From a virus, in the IMG/VR virus record IMGVR_UViG_3300031227_000001, positions 3,357 to 67,356 of that record: a stretch of 64,000 bases of DNA; one strand, written 5' to 3'. The translations under genes were made by a program, and so were the position numbers. Position 1 is the first letter of the stretch, and each line of letters starts with the position of its first letter. The notes under the pieces are model-generated. The model was not told the DNA's origin and ran no database searches. It was given only the letters and a program-made list of their open reading frames with translations. Shown here piece after piece: positions 33,060-40,693 of this stretch.

Positions 33060-33206
33060 TTGACAAGGCAGAGCAAATAGTATATACTAGGAGCGTCTAG
33101 GTACGGGGATGCGGATTTTTTTATAGCATGTAATAAGCGCCGTTACCAAGCAACCGCAGCCTTGCCTAGACATCACGATTGCCAAACTTGGTAGCGGCGT
33201 TTGTTA
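33060..33206 (+). promoter_or_regulatory. sigma70 promoter + A-B-A'-B' structured leader upstream of RAMP-like gene
   Basis: TTGACA(33060)-17-TATACT; A 33095-114/A' 33154-71; B 33131-50/B' 33187-206. Confidence 0.75.
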
Positions 33207-33223
33207 TTTCTAGGAGGCAAGAC

Positions 33224-33847
33224 ATGGCTAATCTCGTTGAGGCTACGGTTCGTATCAAGGGAACGCGGCCCATTATGTGGCACGCATTCGGCCCGGATTC
33301 GATTCCTCTGGAAAAGAAGGAACGAACGGGCGTCGCCGGTCACGATCCTGAAGAATGGCGCAAGACTGTGCTTTGTACCAAGAGCGGTCAGCTTTACGTG
33401 CGCGGCGACTACATCTTTGGTTCTATCCGCGACGGCGCAAAGCACACTAAGCGCGGACGTGGCTCTATTCAGCGCTTTGTGCAAGCTACCCTGCAAGTGG
33501 CTAATGATCGCGTCCTGATTGATGACCGCTTCATGCCGGGAGCGAATGGCGCGTATGATCCAATTACGGCAGAGCCGCCGGACACCGATCCGGAAGCGCT
33601 GGTTTATCTGGATATTCGTTCTTGCGTCAATCCGTCCACTCGCGGGCGTAATGTGCGCTATCGTGTTGCGGCTAGTCCAGGCTGGGAGTGTGGCTTCACG
33701 CTGCAATGGGATGCAACCGTTGTCAGTCGCGGCGAGATGGAGGCGGTTATGATTGATGCCGGTCGTCTCGTTGGAGTGGGTGACGGGCGCAATATCGGAA
33801 TGGGCCGGTTTATCGTCGAGCAATTCGACGTTCAAGAAATCGGATAG
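33224..33847 (+). CDS. Stand-alone Cas7/RAMP-superfamily-like RNA-binding protein
   Basis: 207 aa; N-terminal strand VRIKGTRPIMWH, LYV.G..I.GSI..GA helix, C-terminal Gly-rich loop AGRLVGVGDGRNIGMGRF; SD AGGAGG. Confidence 0.75.
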   Translation: MANLVEATVRIKGTRPIMWHAFGPDSIPLEKKERTGVAGHDPEEWRKTVLCTKSGQLYVRGDYIFGSIRDGAKHTKRGRGSIQRFVQATLQVANDRVLIDDRFMPGANGAYDPITAEPPDTDPEALVYLDIRSCVNPSTRGRNVRYRVAASPGWECGFTLQWDATVVSRGEMEAVMIDAGRLVGVGDGRNIGMGRFIVEQFDVQEIG

Positions 33848-33856
33848 GCTTTTCCG

Positions 33857-34225
33857 GGCTCGGCTTGGCATGGCCGGGCTGGGCGTGGCGAGGCGTGGTA
33901 AGGTATAGCAAGGCAGGGGTTCTATTCGCTAGCCTAGTGGTGCAACTCCGCAGAATAGAAATCGCGGGGCCTGGCGAGGCATGGCCGGGCGGGGCCAGGT
34001 GGGGCGGGGCTAGGCCTGGTGTGGCGCGGCCCGGCGAGGTAAGGCAAGGCAGGGATTCTGTTCGCTAGCCCAGCGGTGCAACTCCGTAAAGCAGGAATGA
34101 CTGGGTCAGGTACGGCTTGGCAGGGGCACGGTCAGGTGGGGCTTGGAAGGGCGCGGCGTGGAAGGGCCGGGCATGATGTGGTCTGGTGCGGCGAGGCGGG
34201 GCCCAGGTATAGCAAGGCAAGGCGA
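33857..34225 (+). ncRNA. Array of three GGY-NN pentamer tracts separated by conserved hairpins (putative guide RNA array)
   Basis: Tract 1 33857-33916 (12 units), tract 2 33968-34052 (17 units), tract 3 34104-34225 (24 units, two 1-nt slips); hairpins 33917-33963 and 34053-34098 share TTC..TTCGCTAGCC.AG.GGTGCAACTCCG. Confidence 0.85.
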
Positions 34226-34229
34226 GGAT

Positions 34230-34514
34230 ATGCCAAAGTCAAGGCAGCCGATAGAAATATGGCGCGAGACGCGGCGCAAGGTATGGGAGCGCGATGAGGG
34301 CATCTGTCAACATTGCGGCAAGCCCGTATCCTTGCGCATATGTCACACAGACCATATTTATTCTGGCAAACTCGCGGGCAATAAGATGAGCAACTTGCGA
34401 ACACTGTGTAGGCGCTGTCACGTTTTACGCAAAGACATGCGACATCGCGGCATGATCGCAAGTGCTCTCCGAGATGGTATTATTCCTCCAAACTGGCGCG
34501 AGTTGGTTTGGTAG
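34230..34514 (+). CDS. Small HNH endonuclease
   Basis: ERDEGICQHCG..HTDHI..NLRTLCRRCH; ATG directly after last GGY unit. Confidence 0.85.
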   Translation: MPKSRQPIEIWRETRRKVWERDEGICQHCGKPVSLRICHTDHIYSGKLAGNKMSNLRTLCRRCHVLRKDMRHRGMIASALRDGIIPPNWRELVW

Positions 34515-34806
34515 GGTTGGCAATTCAAGCGGCACGTTTTAGCAGAGGGGGACAAATGAACGATAAGGAATTTGCAGAAGCCGCCAAGAAGATTCTGCCC
34601 ATAATGGCGTCCATACCAGAGACGCTAGATGCTATGGAACGCATGGAATATATGCCACAGCCCGATCCCGTGAAGATGGAACGATTTGCAAAGAAGATTG
34701 ATCGACTATTATCGCGCATTCTGTGGTGGCAAAAAGTATTGCACATAGAGAATCCGCCGCGCTGGTTGGTACAACTGACGCCAATGTGGATAGTCAGGCT
34801 TTGCCA

Positions 34807-34835
34807 TTGACAGGGGCGACATAATATGCTACAAT
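34807..34835 (+). promoter_or_regulatory. sigma70 promoter for tRNA/ncRNA cluster
   Basis: TTGACA-17-TACAAT with TG extension. Confidence 0.75.
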
Positions 34836-34866
34836 AGGTTAGCAGGTTTACACTGAGTTATGGGAA

Positions 34867-34938
34867 GCCGACGTAGCTCAACGGCAGAGCAGTGGTTTTG
34901 TAACCCACTGGTTGTAGGTTCGACTCCTACTATCGGCT
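34867..34938 (+). tRNA. tRNA-Thr(UGU)
   Basis: TAGCTCAACGGCAGAGC D-arm, TT-TGT-AA anticodon loop, GTAGG-TTCGACT-CCTAC T-arm; one acceptor mismatch, no encoded CCA. Confidence 0.85.
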
Positions 34939-34998
34939 TTGCCCTACGTGCCATGTGTACGATAGGATCAGGTGTCGTGTAAGCGATACTAGGAACGG

Positions 34999-35067
34999 GG
35001 CGGTGCGGGCCTGACGGGAATCAGGCCATAAGAGGCTACGAGCCGGTATCAAATCCGGCGACCGCAC
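34999..35067 (+). ncRNA. tRNA-like RNA copy 2
   Basis: GGCGGTGCGGGCCTGACGGGAATCAGGC...GCCGG-TATCAAAT-CCGGC-GACCGC. Confidence 0.55.
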
Positions 35068-35156
35068 ATGCAAGCTGCGAGCTTGGAACGTAGCGCCACC
35101 ATATTCCGAACCCCCGCTAACGCGGGTTGCCGAAAGGATAGGACATGGGGCGCTAG

Positions 35157-35219
35157 GCGCGGGCAAGAATAGGTCTTGGGGTCGCAACTCAAGAGGCGGT
35201 GCAATTCCGCCGCCCGCGC
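35157..35219 (+). ncRNA. D-armless tRNA-like element
   Basis: GCGCGGGC/GCCCGCGC stem, TCTTGGG/CTCAAGA arm, GGCGG-TGCAATT-CCGCC T-like arm. Confidence 0.45.
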
Positions 35220-35321
35220 TTAGCGGGACTTTTCACGGTGCAAGCCATTGGCGGTTGGGCTGAAACTAACCGCCAAACAGAAACAAGATCGCGGGAAGCC
35301 GCAGCGATAAAAATAGGGCGG

Positions 35322-35401
35322 GAGGGCGCGGGCCTGACGGGAATCAGGCAGGGCACAAGGGTGCTGATTCTATGAGCCGGTGTCGAATCCGGCCACCATT
35401 C
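35322..35401 (+). ncRNA. tRNA-like RNA copy 3 (degenerate closing stem)
   Basis: GCGGGCCTGACGGGAATCAGGC...GAGCCGG-TGTCGAAT-CCGGC-CACC. Confidence 0.5.
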
Positions 35402-35780
35402 TTGGTGACAGCATGATGCCATTAGCTCTGTTGGGCTATAACTAACAGAGCATAGAATAGAAGGGGGAGAAGGAAGATGGAGAGCAAGCAGTGTTGCGCG
35501 GAAGAGCAAGAGTCCTATGTTTACAAGCAATATGCACGTTACAGAAAAAGGGGGCTTACGCCAAACGAGGCGCTACAGCTCATCTATTTGGAGCTAGGCG
35601 AGTCCAGGGTATCGCTTCAGCCGCCGCGCATTATTGACCCTATAGAGCGACGCTAGAAGACGCGCCATTAGCTCCGCAGCTAACAGAGCATAGAAACAAA
35701 ACGTGGGATAGCCGCAGCGTTGAGCGGGCGGGGAGGGGCGGCTCAGTTTGATGTGTAACGCCGGCGTGATATGGGGGGAT

Positions 35781-36227
35781 ATGTTCGAACAGCAAGCAAG
35801 ACTTTTTGCCTGTGATTGTGCAGAGCGCGTGCTGCCTATCTTTGAGAGCGAATATCCTAACGAGCATCGGCCACGGCAAGCCCTCGCGACTGCGCGACGA
35901 TTTGCAAAGAACGAGGCCACAGCCAAAGAGGTAAGAGCGTCCCGGGTAGATGCTGCCGTAATAGTGTGTAGGGAGATAGGCGGAGGCACTATAGCGGAAA
36001 CTATAGAGATTTTGGCCGCAAGAACGGCGCTTGGCAGCATAGGTTGGGTAACAGCCGATGGCATAAGTGCGCGGTGCATCGAAGGCGCAACAGAGGCTGC
36101 CAGAAAAGCCATTGAGCTGTCGGTATTGGCAAAGACAGAAGACTTGTCTCGGGCCAAAGATGCCGCAAATGCAGAGCGTGTCTGGCAAAAAGCACAACTA
36201 CAACGCTATATAAATGACAAAACATAG
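35781..36227 (+). CDS. Imm5-like phage protein
   Basis: ARLFACDCAERVLPIFE...RPRQAL..AR. Confidence 0.5.
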   Translation: MFEQQARLFACDCAERVLPIFESEYPNEHRPRQALATARRFAKNEATAKEVRASRVDAAVIVCREIGGGTIAETIEILAARTALGSIGWVTADGISARCIEGATEAARKAIELSVLAKTEDLSRAKDAANAERVWQKAQLQRYINDKT

Positions 36228-36491
36228 CGTCACCTCGCACATGAGAGGGCATCCGATCTTTTGGGATGATTCGCAATGGCTCTATGTCGATACGGAGGGG
36301 CCAGCAACAGACGATAGGCCATGCACACGTTGTGGACAAATGCCAACGTCAGAAGGCAATGATGCTTGTTTGGGGCACATACTAGGGGCGGTGGGGGCCT
36401 GTTGTGGGCATGGGGTAGAGAAGGGATACGTGATTTACCGTGACAAGGCGGGGAGATTTATTTGCAGACGAATAAATGACAAAACATAGCG
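36210..36491 (+). repeat. 20-bp direct repeat flanking one gene
   Basis: ATAAATGACAAAACATAGCG at 36210-36229 and 36472-36491 around ORF 36214-36489. Confidence 0.85.
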
Positions 36492-37223
36492 AGCTACAAC
36501 TAGCCGTTCTTGAGAGAGACGGCGAGAGATGTCTAAACCCTGGTACTGGCCCAGGCGACAGCACATGTGGAATGATCCGCGCAGGCACGAGCCAGAGTTT
36601 GCGTTTATGTGGCGAAAGTGAGGGGGCATGGGAAGCAAGAAGCTAAAACACAAACGAGTGGGGAAATTCATGGCTGATCTTTCGGAGGTCTCGCGTAAGC
36701 ATGGCATTTGTATTGAGGCCGACGCCGATTTTCAGCCCTGGTTTAGGGAGCTGCCAAAAGGGCCGGGATATTACACCTGCTATGTTAGTGGGCTTTTGGG
36801 TCATTGTGGTCTGCACTGGAAGAAAAAGAAGTGATGTGCCCCAAATCATTTTTGTTGTTGATTGAGCAAGACGCTGATTGGTATGTTGCGAGCGCAGACG
36901 AGTTTCTGGTACATGGGGACGGGCCGTCAAAGGAAGCTGCCATTCGAGACTATTACGAGTGTCTTGGCGAATATTATTGGCTGGTTAGGGAGTCGGCGCT
37001 GGCAGGCGACCCATTTGACCAAGAGGAACTGGCGCGACTCGACGCGTACATAAGCGGGGCGGGGTCATGAGTAGGGGCTTTGAGTCTTGTTTCAAGCGCG
37101 ATGTATCTAATGCATTCCAAAGGGGCTTCTGGGTAGGAATGAGCGCTGGCATAATCATTGGCGTAATAATTGTCGTAATAATTGTCGTTGCCCTAGCAAG
37201 CGCTGGCACAGTGTAACGCCGGC

Positions 37224-37493
37224 GTGACAAAGCACACTGATCTACAGCAAGCAGTCCTAGAGCGTGACGGTTGCACATGCCAAGAGTGCGGCAAGCACAC
37301 GCTAACCACGCATCATATCATATCCAGAAGATTCAGAGATAGCTGGAGGCCGTGTAATCTTATAGCGCTTTGTACAGAGTGCCACGCCAAGGCGGGCGGG
37401 GCCAAGAAAAGACACTTGAACCATTTGCGAGACAAGTACGGCTATGAGTATACAAAACGATTGTGGGTGATTGCGCTAGAGGAGATGGGATGA
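37224..37493 (+). CDS. HNH endonuclease
   Basis: ERDGCTCQECG..HHII..NLIALCTECH. Confidence 0.85.
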   Translation: MTKHTDLQQAVLERDGCTCQECGKHTLTTHHIISRRFRDSWRPCNLIALCTECHAKAGGAKKRHLNHLRDKYGYEYTKRLWVIALEEMG

Positions 37494-38011
37494 CCAAAGA
37501 AGCAAAGGTAGAGATACGCCAACTCTCGGAATTTGCGCCTGACAGTGAAAATGCGAATGAAGGCACTCAACGCGGCGCAACGCTATTAGAGAACTCCGTC
37601 TCAGAAGACGGTGCTGGCCGGTCACTATTGGCCACCTCGGATGGGGTGCTCATTGCAGGCAACAAAACACAAGCGGCACTAATGGAACGCGGCATAGAAG
37701 AGGTAATCGTAGTCCACACAGACGGGACGCAAGCGGTCATTGTGCAGAGAGACGACGTCCAGGCCGGAACAGACAGGGCCAAACTTATGGCTTTGCGCGA
37801 TAACAGGACTTCTGAAATTGGACTAAATTGGTCAGCAGAGCAAATCGCGGCTGATCTGGCAGACGGGCTAGACTTATCGGGACTGTTCTTTGATAGCGAG
37901 CTAGCGGAGATATGTGAGAAGTTGCCCGAATTCAAGGAATATGATGAGGGTGTGGCTGACGAGGTAGAGTTTGTAACTTGCCCAAAGTGTGGTCATCAGT
38001 GGCCCGCGTAG
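37490..38011 (+). CDS. ParB/Srx-like N-terminal domain protein with C-terminal Zn ribbon
   Basis: NAN......L..S...G.GRS...LIAGN...DNR.SE...W; CPKCG. Confidence 0.6.
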   Translation: MTKEAKVEIRQLSEFAPDSENANEGTQRGATLLENSVSEDGAGRSLLATSDGVLIAGNKTQAALMERGIEEVIVVHTDGTQAVIVQRDDVQAGTDRAKLMALRDNRTSEIGLNWSAEQIAADLADGLDLSGLFFDSELAEICEKLPEFKEYDEGVADEVEFVTCPKCGHQWPA

Positions 38012-38922
38012 ACTATCCGGCGATTCTTGAGCAAGCATGGCAAGAGCACCTTGCGCCAAGAGAAGCAGACGCGCCAACAGTTGTCAGTACCTTTGCGGGT
38101 TGCGGCGGATCGAGCCTTGGCTATAGCATGGCGGGCTATAGGGAATTACTGGCAGTCGAATGGGATGATAACGCAGTTGCGACGTTCAAGCTCAACTTCC
38201 CAGACGTGCCGGTTTACCATGGGGATATTTGCAAGCTGTCGGTAGAGGAATGCTTGAATCGGGCAAAGATAGAACCTGGACAGATTGACGTATTGGATGG
38301 GTCGCCTCCGTGCCAAGGATTCAGCACGGCAGGCAAGCGCGTTATGACAGATGCCCGTAATAGCTTATTTAGAGAATTTATACGGCTCTTGCGCGGCTTG
38401 CGTCCCAAAGTATTCATTATGGAAAACGTAAGCGGTCTAGTCAAGGGCAAAATGAAGCTAGTCTTTGCAGAGATTATGCGAGAAATGAAAGCTAGCGGAT
38501 ACAAGGTATCGTGCCGATTGCTAAATGCTATGTACTTTCAAGTGCCGCAATCACGGCAACGACTGATCTGGATAGGCGTAAGAGAGGATTTGAGCATAGA
38601 GCCGAGCCATCCGAAGGCGAGATTAGTGATTGGTAGTATTCGCGTTGATGATCGGCTCTGCTCGTTGAGTAGAAAACGATATGGTGACAAGCTACAATGT
38701 GAGCATAAGCCGATTAGTACAATTACAAAAATTGGGCGACATTTTTGGGATGTTCGGCACGAGTTTGGTCCGCTATCATATTCTGTAAATGCTTCTTTTC
38801 CAAGAGAGTTTATGTTTGTTGGCGGGTTAGCTGTACGCAAACAGCGTATCGGCAACAGCGTCCCGCCGCTATTCATGCGAGCCATTGCGGGGCATGTAAG
38901 ACGAGAGATATTGAGAGCATGA
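37999..38922 (+). CDS. DNA cytosine-C5 methyltransferase
   Basis: FAGCGG, GSPPCQGFS, ENV, QSRQR, GNSVPP. Confidence 0.95.
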   Translation: MARVDYPAILEQAWQEHLAPREADAPTVVSTFAGCGGSSLGYSMAGYRELLAVEWDDNAVATFKLNFPDVPVYHGDICKLSVEECLNRAKIEPGQIDVLDGSPPCQGFSTAGKRVMTDARNSLFREFIRLLRGLRPKVFIMENVSGLVKGKMKLVFAEIMREMKASGYKVSCRLLNAMYFQVPQSRQRLIWIGVREDLSIEPSHPKARLVIGSIRVDDRLCSLSRKRYGDKLQCEHKPISTITKIGRHFWDVRHEFGPLSYSVNASFPREFMFVGGLAVRKQRIGNSVPPLFMRAIAGHVRREILRA

Positions 38923-39593
38923 AATATGTTTGTTCTAAATGCGGTTATATTTGGGATGATGGAAAGCTAGAGCTAACACGCCAGGACGTGCCAGATGCAA
39001 TATGGCCCACAGATAACGAGTGGGGCGTGCCGTTGCTAGACGCGGCTTTGCAGGCAACAGCACTGACAGAGCCAATAACGGCTTGGGGCACGGTAGCGCG
39101 AACATCCAAGATGCAAGGCACGTGGCATTATTATGTGGGGGACTATCGCTTTGATGCGCTTTGGGATGACCCCGCGCCGGTAGTCAATTCGGGGTGCAAG
39201 ACAATCATCGAGCCAAACTTTACCATATCGCCAGTGATGCCCAGAGCCGTCGCCTTGTGGCATATCTACCGTAAGCGCTGGCTAGCACGATATTGGCAAT
39301 CGCATGGCATATCAGTTATAGTAGACCTGAATGTATGCGAGCCGAATCTGAGCGCCGTTGGGCTATTGGGCGTGCCTAGTGGCTGGAAGGCATATGCTAC
39401 ACATGGTGCGGACGAGTATATCGATCAGACCATACACGAGTACGAGTTGGCATGTGAACATGCAGAGACAAGCGACATACTCTTTGTGGTATATGGCGGT
39501 GGCAAGAAGGCACAGGAGGAGTATCGCAAGCACGACTGGACACACATAGACGAATATATGAATCAGCGAAGGAACAAGAGACATGGCAAATAG
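38919..39593 (+). CDS. DUF4417-like protein
   Basis: HYYVGDYRF..W..P, PNFT, W..YR.RW....WQ..GI.V. Confidence 0.65.
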   Translation: MKYVCSKCGYIWDDGKLELTRQDVPDAIWPTDNEWGVPLLDAALQATALTEPITAWGTVARTSKMQGTWHYYVGDYRFDALWDDPAPVVNSGCKTIIEPNFTISPVMPRAVALWHIYRKRWLARYWQSHGISVIVDLNVCEPNLSAVGLLGVPSGWKAYATHGADEYIDQTIHEYELACEHAETSDILFVVYGGGKKAQEEYRKHDWTHIDEYMNQRRNKRHGK

Positions 39594-40056
39594 CGCAAAG
39601 CAGGGTGGCGGTGGTGGCAGAGGCGGGGGGTACGTATCTCTAACCGCATTATCTGGCACTCCTAACCAGGTAGCACGGGCGACCGATATTAGAGCAGACA
39701 TAATTGATCGCGCAGAGAGTTATCGAGATAGAGTTCTGAAAGCGATGCGCGGCGGTGGAGAAGTTGATGGATTTGATATAGAAAAATCCTCAGCAACAGA
39801 GATTAGGCAGGCGCGAAAATGGTATAATGATGTAATCCGGAAAAGCACATCCCGTAATATGGCTCAGTCGGCACGCTTTTGGATAGGGAAGCGTAGTTTT
39901 AGAAACTCTAACGGACTTAATATCACAAGCTCCATGTCCACTGGCGCATTATAATAGATCAGAGGGCATCAATAACTATGGCATGAAGTTGGTACATAGA
40001 GCATGAAGATTGACGAATTGACGCAATAGGAAACCCCATGCAAGCAGGGAAACCCC

Positions 40057-40686
40057 ATGCAAGAATCAAAGAGATGTGGAGCAAAAACGCGCAACGGAAC
40101 ACCCTGCCAGAACTGGGCTATGTCCAATGGCAAGTGTCGAATGCACGGGGGGCTTACGCCTGGGGGGCTCGCCTGTGCAAACTATAAGCATGGCCGCTAT
40201 AGCGAATACTTACCCGCGCGTTTATTAGAGCGATACAATGAGGCGGCTGACGATCCCGACTTGCTGGCACTGAGACAGGAAGTGGCGCTCGTAGACTCGC
40301 GGCTGGCCGACCTGCTAAAGCAAGTGGATACGGGTGAGAGCGGCAAGTTGTGGAGCGAGCTAAAGGGGGCCTGGCAGGTATTGGTAGATGCCAAGGGGAC
40401 TGCCGCCAAAACAGTCGCTATAACGACGCTAGGGCGATTGATCACGTACGGGGTAGAGGACAGAGCCACGTGGAGAGATATAAGCGGCACGATAACGCAA
40501 AGGCGCAGACTAGTCGAGAGCGAACGAAAGCGGCTGTTGGAAATGCAACAATTCATAACAGCCGAACGCGCGATGATATTGATGGGCGCAATAGTGGACG
40601 TGATAAGGAAAAATGTCACAGATAGGGACACACTGGTTACAATCACCTCGGAGCTTGGAAAGCTCGCTGCTACTGGCGGTGGGTGA
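40057..40686 (+). CDS. terS: Terminase small subunit (HGGxSTG-type N-terminus)
   Basis: CGAKTRNGTPC..CRMHGG..N.KHG.YS; immediately upstream of large subunit. Confidence 0.7.
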   Translation: MQESKRCGAKTRNGTPCQNWAMSNGKCRMHGGLTPGGLACANYKHGRYSEYLPARLLERYNEAADDPDLLALRQEVALVDSRLADLLKQVDTGESGKLWSELKGAWQVLVDAKGTAAKTVAITTLGRLITYGVEDRATWRDISGTITQRRRLVESERKRLLEMQQFITAERAMILMGAIVDVIRKNVTDRDTLVTITSELGKLAATGGG

Positions 40687-40693
40687 GGCGCTT

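Noticed and set aside
33857-34225. Canonical CRISPR array or simple microsatellite
   Set aside because: No 25-45 bp repeat/spacer structure or cas1/cas2; NN positions are highly variable rather than homogenised, unlike slippage repeats
33865-34297. ORFs 33865-34068, 34076-34297 and the N-terminal part of 34143-34514
   Set aside because: G/A/R/W-rich translations are artefacts of the 5-nt GGYNN period; the real HNH start is 34230
36835-37070. HicB-like antitoxin as part of a TA system
   Set aside because: Only weak resemblance and no adjacent HicA-like gene
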